A stretch of DNA of 32,339 nt, from IMG/VR virus record IMGVR_UViG_3300030098_002189, positions 1 to 32,339 of that record. One strand, 5' to 3'. Source of the stretch: a virus. Lineage: Duplodnaviria > Caudoviricetes. Below, piece by piece: positions 18,705 through 26,912 of this stretch. Position numbers and translations under genes: made by a program. Under the pieces are notes generated by a model that was given only the letters and a program-made list of their open reading frames with translations, was not told the DNA's origin and made no database searches. Position 1 is the stretch's first letter. The number at the start of each line of letters is the position of its first letter.

Positions 18705-19974
18705 TACTTTTGAGTTTGGTGTTTTTAACTTAGCTATACCAGAACATATTGAAGAACCTTTAGACTTATCAAGAGTAAGAACTAAGTTTATACCTTTTGG
18801 TACAAATAACTTATTTCCTCAATATTTAGCAGAATTAAAAAGAAAATCTTCTACTCATAGAAGTGTTTTAGCACAAAAAGCTGTATTCACAAGTGGTGCT
18901 AAATTCGTTACAAACAACGAAGAAATAAAAGATTATATTAAAGATGTAAATGCAGATGGTGAATCTTTAAGAGATGTATTTAAAAAATTAGCAGATGATT
19001 ACTACACTTTTGGTAATGCTTATTTAGAAGGTGTGTTATATGATGGTGGTTTAAATTTATATCATTTAGATGCAACTACTGTTAGAATGTCCAAGAATAA
19101 AAAAGAAGTGTATGTGCATCCTGATTGGGCAAAGTACAATACAATGAAAGACAAACTATCTATTATACCTTTATACCCAAGTGTTAGAGGTAATAGATTT
19201 GTTCTACAATTTAAAGATTATGAACCAACCTTTACTTTTTATGGTTTACCAGATTACATAGCTGCACTTGAGCATGTAGCAGTAGATTATGAGATAGGTA
19301 AATGGAATCACACTAAATTTAAAAATGGTTTTCAACCATCAGCAATAGTTGAGATTAGTGGTGACATGGGAGAAAAAGAAGCAAAGAAGTTGGTAAAAGA
19401 AGCACAAAGAAAATTTGTTGGAGATGGCAATAATGGTAAAATAATGTTTATTGTAAAAAATGGTGACACTTCACCTGCTAATGTAAATATTATTAAAGAT
19501 GACCAAGAAGGTAGTTGGATAGATTTACAACGTATTACAGATCAAAATATTGTAACAGCACATAGATGGCAACCATCTTTGAGTGGTTTAGTATCTAGTG
19601 GTAAAATGAATAATACAGGTAGTGAAATAAGAATAGCTTATGATTTAGCAATGACTACTGTAATTAAAGATACATCAGATTTACTGTTAAATGGTATAAG
19701 AAAATTGTTATTTAAAGAACTAGGTTATTTACCAGAAGATTTGGTTATACAGTATGAGCCACCTATTAGTTTTGCTACACAAATAGATCCTGCTAAAGTA
19801 TTGACTATAAATGAGCAGAGAAGAATGTTAGATGAAGATTTACCTATGTTGGAAGAAGGTAATATGTTCTTAACTGATAGAGAGCAAATTATAGTAACAA
19901 GAGATGATGATGATGATAGTCCAGATGAGGATGAGAGTTTACAGGTAACAGAAATTGAAACTAATAACGAATAA
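18649..19974 (+). CDS. portal protein
   Basis: 441 aa. FGTNNLFPQYL, SSTH..VL, DYYTFGNAYLE, YGLPDY, NGFQPS and IVTAHR motifs of HK97-like portals. Confidence 0.88.
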   Translation: MSQRKKAVKSQVKTNQKTNTFEFGVFNLAIPEHIEEPLDLSRVRTKFIPFGTNNLFPQYLAELKRKSSTHRSVLAQKAVFTSGAKFVTNNEEIKDYIKDVNADGESLRDVFKKLADDYYTFGNAYLEGVLYDGGLNLYHLDATTVRMSKNKKEVYVHPDWAKYNTMKDKLSIIPLYPSVRGNRFVLQFKDYEPTFTFYGLPDYIAALEHVAVDYEIGKWNHTKFKNGFQPSAIVEISGDMGEKEAKKLVKEAQRKFVGDGNNGKIMFIVKNGDTSPANVNIIKDDQEGSWIDLQRITDQNIVTAHRWQPSLSGLVSSGKMNNTGSEIRIAYDLAMTTVIKDTSDLLLNGIRKLLFKELGYLPEDLVIQYEPPISFATQIDPAKVLTINEQRRMLDEDLPMLEEGNMFLTDREQIIVTRDDDDDSPDEDESLQVTEIETNNE

Positions 19975-19979
19975 TATAT

Positions 19980-20561
19980 ATGGCAAACGTAAATCAATAT
20001 TCTACTTTAGTAACTGCAGCAGAAGTAATCAGTAATAGTTTTACAAATGCTAACACAGATACTGCATTAATATCTACAAACACAATATTACTTGCAGAGT
20101 TAGCACACATAAAACCTGCTTTAGGTAAAAAGTTTTATGAAGAAATAAAAACACAACATCACAATGGTACTTTAACTACTGCTAATCAAACATTGATGGA
20201 TGATTTTCTTGTTAGAACTTTATGTTGGTTTGTAAGGTTTGAAGTTATAAGTGAAGTACAAAATAATAGTACAAGTGCAGGTATTGTAAATAATATAGAT
20301 GAGTTTGCTACTATTATAGATCCTTCAGAACTAAATGCTTATAAACAAGATACATATAGAAAATCTGAAATATATTTAAAAGATATGATAGATTATATGG
20401 AAGATGAAGATCAAGATGGTCAATATCCTACATATGAATCAGATAGACCAAGAAGGGGTCATACATATAAAAATCATGGTATAATTATGTATGATAGTAT
20501 TTATCAAAGACCAAGAACATATACAAGTTGGAAAGATTTTTGTCCATGTGATGATTGTTAA
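19980..20561 (+). CDS. putative head-tail adaptor (DUF6712-like)
   Basis: Follows the portal. HIKPALGKKFYEEI and L.DDFL...L.WF pattern. Confidence 0.6.
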   Translation: MANVNQYSTLVTAAEVISNSFTNANTDTALISTNTILLAELAHIKPALGKKFYEEIKTQHHNGTLTTANQTLMDDFLVRTLCWFVRFEVISEVQNNSTSAGIVNNIDEFATIIDPSELNAYKQDTYRKSEIYLKDMIDYMEDEDQDGQYPTYESDRPRRGHTYKNHGIIMYDSIYQRPRTYTSWKDFCPCDDC

Positions 20562-20573
20562 ATAAAATAAATT

Positions 20574-21218
20574 ATGGCTGCAAACGAACATAAAAATTTA
20601 CAAGATGCTAATAGGCATAACCCAAAAGGGTTTGAAGCTGCAACAAATGATACAGTTTTGTCTAAAGGTGCAAGTGATGGTAGTGGCACAACAGATGGTA
20701 GTTTAGAGTATATATCTAAATCTTTAGTTGGTGTAACAAACTATAAAATGCAGGGTTATATAGATGAAGGTCTTAATAATTATTCATATGGTGAAGATTT
20801 AATTGATAACAAATCACCATTTCAATGGGATCAAGATTATGGTTCTACTACAGTATCTGGAGGATCAATATTACCAAAAAACTTTTTTAGAGCAGGTGCA
20901 GGTCATGTAGTTCCTTTTGCATCTACAGTACAAAGAATTAAAGGTTGGTTATCAAGTGATGGTACAAATGCGGTTACCATAGCTATTTGTAAAATCACAC
21001 CTGTAGCAGATGATGTGTCTAATGTAGTTCCTGTAGTTGTAGATGAAATTGCAGTAACAGGTTTAGGTAATGATAGTAGGTTAGTAGCTTTTGAAGAAAC
21101 AACAATTACATCAGCATCTTTAGCAGCAGGAGATATTTTATTCCCAATGTTTAAAGAAGGTGGTGGTGCAGGATCAGAGATTTTTGTAAACTTAACAGTA
21201 GAAACATATACATATTAA
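20574..21218 (+). CDS. putative virion structural protein
   Basis: N-terminal EHKNL....HNPKG motif and a beta-rich C-terminus; structural-module position. Confidence 0.5.
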   Translation: MAANEHKNLQDANRHNPKGFEAATNDTVLSKGASDGSGTTDGSLEYISKSLVGVTNYKMQGYIDEGLNNYSYGEDLIDNKSPFQWDQDYGSTTVSGGSILPKNFFRAGAGHVVPFASTVQRIKGWLSSDGTNAVTIAICKITPVADDVSNVVPVVVDEIAVTGLGNDSRLVAFEETTITSASLAAGDILFPMFKEGGGAGSEIFVNLTVETYTY

Positions 21219-21231
21219 AAAAAAATAAAAC

Positions 21232-21708
21232 ATGGCAACAACAGTAGAAACAGCAGATTTAACAGTAACAATAACAGAAAACTATTCATTAATGGGTACA
21301 GATTATGGTAGCACTTGTACAAAAACATATACTACAAATGGTGAAGTAATACAAAGATTAATGAGTATTGCAGGTAAAGGTAGTGGTGAAACAACAACTT
21401 TTACTGATATATTAGCATTAAGCACAGTAGATGGTCGAGGTCAGGTAGTAAAAGCAGATTATAAATATTTTAGAATAAAAAATTTAGATGATACTAATAA
21501 TTTAAATCTTAGATTGTATAATGGTGCAGATTATGTATATTTTAAAGTAGAGCCATATTGTGCAGTAGTTTTAATGTCACCTGATTTAGATGCAACCACA
21601 ACAGATGGTATTGCTAATGTAAGTTTTGCAGACATACAAGCTATAGCAGGGCAATCATCACATGAAACAGATGCAGTAGATGTAGAGTTTATTGTAGTTA
21701 CTACATAA
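21232..21708 (+). CDS. putative virion structural protein
   Basis: T/D/V-rich beta protein containing KYFRIKNLDDTN; structural-module position. Confidence 0.5.
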   Translation: MATTVETADLTVTITENYSLMGTDYGSTCTKTYTTNGEVIQRLMSIAGKGSGETTTFTDILALSTVDGRGQVVKADYKYFRIKNLDDTNNLNLRLYNGADYVYFKVEPYCAVVLMSPDLDATTTDGIANVSFADIQAIAGQSSHETDAVDVEFIVVTT

Positions 21709-21709
21709 G

Positions 21710-21841
21710 ATGACTAAAAAACGTAAACTTAACTCACGCAACCCTAAGTATGGTGGCGTGGAAGTAAAAGAAGATAAGTACAAAAAAGAATTTGTACATG
21801 AAGTTAAAGGAGTAAAAATTTATAAATTACACAGTATATAA
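21710..21841 (+). CDS. small basic protein (43 aa, MTKKRKLNSRNPKY...)
   Basis: Read manually. Fills the gap between flanking genes almost exactly (1-nt and 2-nt spacers). Confidence 0.6.
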   Translation: MTKKRKLNSRNPKYGGVEVKEDKYKKEFVHEVKGVKIYKLHSI

Positions 21842-21843
21842 TT

Positions 21844-22815
21844 ATGCCTTGTTACGAATGTGAAAATGGTAAATGGAAGTTTGGTGAAACTGGTAGATGT
21901 CAGTATTCTACTAAATCAGAGTGTGAAACTGCTAACAAAGACTACTATGCAGAAGAAACTTATGATGATTATCCACAAGCTGCAAGTACAAATGCCAAAA
22001 GAGCAATCAAGTACAAAGAAGAAAATGGAAGTTCTTGTGGAACTATCGTAGGGTGGACAAGAGCCAGACAAATCGCAAACAGAGAAAAGTTGACAAGGAG
22101 AACGATTGCAAGGGTTGCATCATTTAAAAGACATCAACAGCACAAAGACGTACCTTATGATGAGGGTTGTGGAGGTATAATGTGGGATGCTTGGGGAGGA
22201 TCAGAAATGATAGAGTGGGCAATAAAAAAATTAGATAGAATTGACAATCCTAAAAATCAAGAAAAAAGAGAAGTAAGTGACAGAATAAAAGCAACACTTA
22301 AAAATAAAATGGAGAAGCATAATGAAGATGTAAAGGACTTGAAGAAGGATTGGAATCCAAGAGTAACAGTAGCAAAATTAGAAAAAGTTTTTTTAAGAGG
22401 TGTTGGTGCTTATTATACTAATCCAGAAAGCGTAAGAGAGGGTATTACAGGTCCAGATCAATGGGCAATAGCCAGAGTAAACTCTTTTTTATTTGCAATG
22501 AGAAATGGTAGGTATAGAAGTGGTAAACATGATACAGATTTATTACCAGACAAACATCCTATGAAAAACACAAAAAAAGAAAAAAACAATATGAAAAAAG
22601 AAAAAAAATATTATGGTGATGATGAGCATGATTTGCATGTAAACTTCACAGAAAAACAAATGGCTGAATTACATACACTAGGTGAGTTAGAACTCATGGT
22701 CGAAGAAGGAGAAGAAAAAATGTTAATTAAATTTACTTATGGAGATCATGATATGAAAGAAGAAGAAATAAAACAAGAGTTTGAAAATATAGTTGCTAAA
22801 ATTCTAAAAAAGTAA
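21844..22815 (+). CDS. multi-module hypothetical protein (Cys-rich N-terminus, WDAWGG module, DUF5824-like module, acidic tail)
   Basis: MPCYEC...C...EC; GT.VGWTRARQIA...WDAWGG; VFLRGVGAY...QWAIARVNSF. Confidence 0.6.
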   Translation: MPCYECENGKWKFGETGRCQYSTKSECETANKDYYAEETYDDYPQAASTNAKRAIKYKEENGSSCGTIVGWTRARQIANREKLTRRTIARVASFKRHQQHKDVPYDEGCGGIMWDAWGGSEMIEWAIKKLDRIDNPKNQEKREVSDRIKATLKNKMEKHNEDVKDLKKDWNPRVTVAKLEKVFLRGVGAYYTNPESVREGITGPDQWAIARVNSFLFAMRNGRYRSGKHDTDLLPDKHPMKNTKKEKNNMKKEKKYYGDDEHDLHVNFTEKQMAELHTLGELELMVEEGEEKMLIKFTYGDHDMKEEEIKQEFENIVAKILKK

Positions 22816-22817
22816 TT

Positions 22818-23084
22818 ATGGAAATAGGCAAAAACACAAAAATTAGATTATCTTTAGAAAGTTTTGTGTCAATAGGTGCTACAATAGCCATTGTTGTGAC
22901 TATGTATTTGTCTTTAAAAAGTGAAATAGCCATAGCAAAAGAATTGCCAAAACCAGTTATTTCAGCAAAAGAATATGAATTGCACGATCAATTAATAAAA
23001 AATACAATAATTCAAACTCAAGAAGATATTAAAAAAATGCAAAAAACTTTAGATAGGATAGAAGATAAAATATATAATAGATGA
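22818..23084 (+). CDS. membrane-anchored coiled-coil protein of the lysis module
   Basis: One N-terminal TM segment and a C-terminal coiled coil; overlaps the holin start. Confidence 0.55.
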   Translation: MEIGKNTKIRLSLESFVSIGATIAIVVTMYLSLKSEIAIAKELPKPVISAKEYELHDQLIKNTIIQTQEDIKKMQKTLDRIEDKIYNR

Positions 23085-23473
23085 GTATATTATCAAAAAT
23101 ATTTAGTAGTGGTGCAACAGAACTAATAAAAGGTGTTGGTGATGTTGTAGATAACTTAACTACTACAGAAGAAGAAAGACTAGAAGCAAAAAGAAAAATT
23201 GAGCATATGGTAAGTAGCTTTGAAGCAGAAATGCAAAAAGAAGTTACTACAAGATGGACTCAAGATATGAATAGTGATAGTTGGTTGAGTAAAAATATAA
23301 GACCACTTGTGCTAATATTTTTAGTTTTTAGTACAGTTTTACTTATATTTATAGATGCAGGAGTTATAGATTTTGAAGTAAAAGCAAGTTGGGTAGATTT
23401 GTTACAACTTGTTTTAATAACTGTAATAGGTGCTTACTTTGGTGGTAGGTCATTTGAAAAAATAAAAAAATAA
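23081..23473 (+). CDS. holin (3TM / DUF3154-type)
   Basis: RW..DM.SDSWLSKNIRPL, hydrophobic helices and GAYFGGRSFEK; directly upstream of the endolysin. Confidence 0.85.
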   Translation: MSILSKIFSSGATELIKGVGDVVDNLTTTEEERLEAKRKIEHMVSSFEAEMQKEVTTRWTQDMNSDSWLSKNIRPLVLIFLVFSTVLLIFIDAGVIDFEVKASWVDLLQLVLITVIGAYFGGRSFEKIKK

Positions 23474-23474
23474 T

Positions 23475-23828
23475 ATGCCTTATAAATATTTTAAACTCAA
23501 AGAGTTTGCTTGTAAATGTGGTTGTAATCACAACAACATAAACAAAGAATTATTAGACATGCTTGAACAAGCTAGAAAAATGGCAAAATTACCATTTATT
23601 ATATCGAGTGGTTATAGATGTGAAAATCATCCAGAATCTATAAAAAATCCAACCTCATCACATATAAAGGGGTTAGCTGTAGATATAAAATGCAGCGACA
23701 GTAAAAGCAGAGCAATAATATTAGATGCTTTGGGGTTTGTCGGTTTTAGAAGGTTTGGGTTGCATGACTCATTCATACACGCTGACATAGACGAAAGTAA
23801 GTCAAATCCAGTTATTTGGCTTTACTAA
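23475..23828 (+). CDS. endolysin, peptidase M15A family (Zn peptidase)
   Basis: YF...EFACKCGC, ISSGYRC..H, SSH.KG.AVDI and FIHAD motifs. Confidence 0.9.
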   Translation: MPYKYFKLKEFACKCGCNHNNINKELLDMLEQARKMAKLPFIISSGYRCENHPESIKNPTSSHIKGLAVDIKCSDSKSRAIILDALGFVGFRRFGLHDSFIHADIDESKSNPVIWLY

Positions 23829-23862
23829 ATCTTTACTAATTATTAATTTAAAAATATTCAAA

Positions 23863-24087
23863 ATGGAAAATATATTCAATTCAGTAAATAGTTTTATAGG
23901 TAAAATGACAGCTTTATTTGTAGGTTTATTATCTTTTGGGGTAATGGCTGAAATTTTATTTGGCAGTCCTGTATTAGGTATGTCAGTAATAGCAAATGTA
24001 ATGGAAGTAATTAATTTATTAGGTGACAATGGTGTTGTAGGTTTGATAGCACTTGTCATATTGTATAATCTTTTAGAAAAAAAATAG
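23863..24087 (+). CDS. small integral membrane protein (74 aa)
   Basis: Almost wholly hydrophobic, with EILFG, SVIANV and G..GVVGLIAL motifs; A-rich start context. Confidence 0.75.
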   Translation: MENIFNSVNSFIGKMTALFVGLLSFGVMAEILFGSPVLGMSVIANVMEVINLLGDNGVVGLIALVILYNLLEKK

Positions 24088-24095
24088 TTTTTTGC

Positions 24096-24127
24096 TTGGA
24101 TAATTAATGTATATTTAATTATCTTTG
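24096..24127 (+). promoter_or_regulatory. Bacteroidota-type sigma-A promoter driving the candidate sRNA
   Basis: TTG (24096-24098), 21 nt, TATCTTTG (24120-24127). Confidence 0.6.
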
Positions 24128-24131
24128 CTCT

Positions 24132-24210
24132 GTTTTGTGATTCTCACAAAATTCTCAAAGTGTTTAGTTTAGTTTAGTTAAGAAAGGGGGGTTAATAACT
24201 TCCCTTTTTT
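24132..24210 (+). ncRNA. candidate small regulatory RNA (~80 nt)
   Basis: Lies between a promoter and a terminator with no credible ORF. 5' hairpin ttttgtga/tcacaaaa, single-stranded (TTTAG)3 region, 3' terminator. Confidence 0.55.
24183..24210 (+). terminator. intrinsic terminator
   Basis: Stem aaaggggggtt/aacttcccttt (two G-U pairs), 3-nt loop, T-run. Confidence 0.8.
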
Positions 24211-24266
24211 GTGCAATATATGGCTACTTTTTTGTATAGATTTGTTCAAATCAATAACTTGCAAAA

Positions 24267-25361
24267 ATGACAAAACAATATGGAAAGCGTTTAAGGTTGA
24301 GTGAGGAGGAGGTTGAAATGATCTTAGAAAGCAGGGCTGACAGCACAGCCAACATAAATGGAAACACAGCACTAGAAACACACTTATATGAGAGAGGTAT
24401 AGATAAAAAAGATGTAGTATCTGTAAAACATTGGCAATCTGCTAATGGTGAGTACAGATTTAGCATAGTAACAAAAGAAGATGTATCTATAGATAAAAAA
24501 GATATTTTAGATAATGTATGTACTCTAATAGAAAAACATTCACCATACTACAAAAAACCAAAAAGAAATAAAAATAAAGGAGGTCACTTATTAGTTATCA
24601 ATCCTGCAGATATACATATAGGTAAATATGCAAACAAAGTAGAAACTGGTAGTAACTATGATGTTGAAACTGCCTGTATGCGTGTTATAGAGGGCTTAGA
24701 AGGACTTTTAAGCAAGTCAGAAGGGTTTGGTATAGAAAGAATATTATTTTGCGTAGGAAATGATGTTTTGCATGTTGACAATGTTTACAATACAACTACA
24801 AAAGGTACTAATCAAGATGTTGATGGTAAGTGGTGGATGCACTTTGAGTTTGCTTTAGGATTATATGTAAAGTGTGTAGAGATTTTAAGAGAAGTTGCAC
24901 TTGTGGATGTGGTGCATAGTATGAGTAATCATGATTATCAAAGTGGCTTTCATTTAGCACATGCACTCAAAAGTTGGTTCAGAAAAGATAGTGAGGTTTC
25001 ATTTGATATTAGTGTAGCTTATAGAAAATATTATGAGTATGGCACAAATCTTATTGGTATAGAACATGGAGATGGTGCAAAAATGGATAACTTACCTTTA
25101 CTCATGGCACAAGAAAGACCAGAGATGTGGAGTAACACTAAATATAGATACTGGTATTTACATCACTTGCACCACAAAGTAAAACACAAATGGAGAGATG
25201 CAAAAGATTTTATAGGTGTTACAGTAGAATATATGAGATCACCTAGTGGTACTGATAGTTGGCACAGTAGAAAAGGTTTTACTGGCGTACCAAAAGCTGT
25301 TGAAGGTTTTATACACGAAAAAACAAGTGGTCAAGTGGCTCGTTTAGTACATTATTTTTAA
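24267..25361 (+). CDS. calcineurin-like metallophosphoesterase / nuclease
   Basis: Metal-binding motifs DIHIG, GNDVLH, SNHD, EHGD and HHLHH. TAGATTTG -7 element at 24237-24244. Confidence 0.8.
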   Translation: MTKQYGKRLRLSEEEVEMILESRADSTANINGNTALETHLYERGIDKKDVVSVKHWQSANGEYRFSIVTKEDVSIDKKDILDNVCTLIEKHSPYYKKPKRNKNKGGHLLVINPADIHIGKYANKVETGSNYDVETACMRVIEGLEGLLSKSEGFGIERILFCVGNDVLHVDNVYNTTTKGTNQDVDGKWWMHFEFALGLYVKCVEILREVALVDVVHSMSNHDYQSGFHLAHALKSWFRKDSEVSFDISVAYRKYYEYGTNLIGIEHGDGAKMDNLPLLMAQERPEMWSNTKYRYWYLHHLHHKVKHKWRDAKDFIGVTVEYMRSPSGTDSWHSRKGFTGVPKAVEGFIHEKTSGQVARLVHYF

Positions 25362-25430
25362 AATATTACATAATTTTCATACAATTTACTTCTAACACAT
25401 AAACATTTTGTAAAAAAAATGTTAAAAAAG

Positions 25431-25461
25431 TTTGGTAGTTAGTTTCAATTTTATAATTTTG
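25431..25461 (+). promoter_or_regulatory. consensus Bacteroidota promoter for the early/replication operon
   Basis: TTTG (25431-25434), 19 nt, TAATTTTG (25454-25461). Confidence 0.8.
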
Positions 25462-25497
25462 TCACCAACAAACTAAATATAAACAAAACAAAAAAAT

Positions 25498-25563
25498 ATG
25501 TTTGGATGGGCAGTAATAACAGGAATTATCTTATGGATGGTTTCAGAATTAAAAGAAAATTAA
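25498..25563 (+). CDS. 21-aa hydrophobic peptide MFGWAVITGIILWMVSELKEN
   Basis: Read manually. First ATG after the promoter, with a very A-rich leader; single TM-like helix. Confidence 0.5.
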   Translation: MFGWAVITGIILWMVSELKEN

Positions 25564-25582
25564 TAACTAAAGTAAAACAATT

Positions 25583-25885
25583 ATGACAGAAAAAGAAAAA
25601 GATAAATTTTTAGATAATCTTTTTTCTAAAGAAACAGTGAGAGAAAAAATGATTAGAGAATTAAACGACCCTTATCACAATCCCTTTTCAGAAGGTTCTA
25701 TAGCATCAGAGGAATTTGAATTGGCAATGCAAGTAAGATCAGGTCATTATGAGTCAGGAAATCACGAAACAGACTATTACTTAGAACAATATTATGGTAG
25801 TGATTATGAGGACACTTATGGTATAGATTTTGAAGATGACCAATACGATTATGCAGAATATTGTAATTACAATTTAGGAAACTAA
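25583..25885 (+). CDS. acidic, Tyr-rich hypothetical protein
   Basis: ORF with a good start context; D/E/Y-rich C-terminal half. Confidence 0.7.
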   Translation: MTEKEKDKFLDNLFSKETVREKMIRELNDPYHNPFSEGSIASEEFELAMQVRSGHYESGNHETDYYLEQYYGSDYEDTYGIDFEDDQYDYAEYCNYNLGN

Positions 25886-25901
25886 CTAAAAACTAATAAT
25901 T

Positions 25902-26456
25902 ATGGGAAAAATGAAAGAAGAATTTGCAAAAATGCAACAAGAAACTATTAGTGCAATGTATGATGTTGCACAACAAAAGAGTATTAATCAATTAAACAAT
26001 AACAAAATGAGCAGAAAAACAAACAAAACAGAAACAAAAGAAACAGTTACAGAAACAAGAGAAGATGCTTTAAGAAGATTATTTAAAGAAAATGGTCTTG
26101 TTAAAGAAGATGTTTACAAAGACAAAAGAGGGTTTGTAATTATCACTAGGTCAGGTATTGACAAGATTGTAAGCAAAAAAGGTATTACAGTTGCTTATGA
26201 AGTTGTAGTAATGGACTTAGAAAAACCTGAAAAACCTAATGTAGTATTAAAAGCAGTTGCTACAATGAAGATCAACAAAACTGAAGTAAGAAACATGATG
26301 AGTTTTGGTGAAGCATCTGAAGCAAATCTTATGGGAGGAGGTAAAAAGTTTCCTGTAGCTATGGCAGAGAAAAGAGCAATGAGTAGAGTAGTATTAAAAA
26401 TTGCAGGATTCTATGAGCAAGGTGGTGTGTTTGGTCAAGATGAGATTGTTGACTAA
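25902..26456 (+). CDS. putative single-strand annealing protein/recombinase
   Basis: IITRSGIDKI...SFGEAS..N...AMAEKRAMSRVVLK.AG...FGQDE pattern; early-operon position upstream of an SSB-like gene. Possible second start at 26007. Confidence 0.5.
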   Translation: MGKMKEEFAKMQQETISAMYDVAQQKSINQLNNNKMSRKTNKTETKETVTETREDALRRLFKENGLVKEDVYKDKRGFVIITRSGIDKIVSKKGITVAYEVVVMDLEKPEKPNVVLKAVATMKINKTEVRNMMSFGEASEANLMGGGKKFPVAMAEKRAMSRVVLKIAGFYEQGGVFGQDEIVD

Positions 26457-26722
26457 TGTCAGGTGATTGGATTGATGATATTATTGATGGTGAGCCAACT
26501 CCTATAACTTATAGACAGTTGGTCATCATTGATAGTATGATTGATAGAACATCATTATCACAGCAAGAAAAAGATACAATACTTAGCAATATAAATGATT
26601 ATACAGAACTAGAAGCTGAAGAAATAGTAAAAAAAATATTCGAAAATGAAATCAAAACAGACCCACAAGACCAATACAAAAAAATGTGTCAAGACAATGT
26701 ATTTGGAAATAGAGGTTTTTAG
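26456..26722 (+). CDS. hypothetical protein
   Basis: Translationally coupled ORF (taatg overlap). Confidence 0.7.
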   Translation: MSGDWIDDIIDGEPTPITYRQLVIIDSMIDRTSLSQQEKDTILSNINDYTELEAEEIVKKIFENEIKTDPQDQYKKMCQDNVFGNRGF

Positions 26723-26912
26723 AAGCATAGATAATCCAGATTATTGTAATGTTTTTTTAAGTAAAAACTTTATAGGTCAAATAAGTTTGGCAGAATCTGC
26801 AGATTTTTTTACAAAAGATCAACTAATAGATTTTCATTTAAGAGATGTAAGTAAGTTTAAGGTATCTGAAGATGTGATAATTAAGAATATAAAAAAACCA
26901 AATAATGACTAA
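26646..26912 (+). CDS. hypothetical protein (likely later ATG, MYLEIEV..., near 26697)
   Basis: Fills the gap to the next gene; start uncertain. Confidence 0.55.
   Translation: MKSKQTHKTNTKKCVKTMYLEIEVFRSIDNPDYCNVFLSKNFIGQISLAESADFFTKDQLIDFHLRDVSKFKVSEDVIIKNIKKPNND

Noticed and set aside
21969-21977. Perfect DnaA box TTATCCACA
   Set aside because: Isolated and inside a coding region (DYPQ), so compatible with chance.
21860-22051. Alternative-frame + strand ORF inside gene 21844-22815
   Set aside because: Fully nested, no leader or motif, and explained by the codon structure of the main frame.
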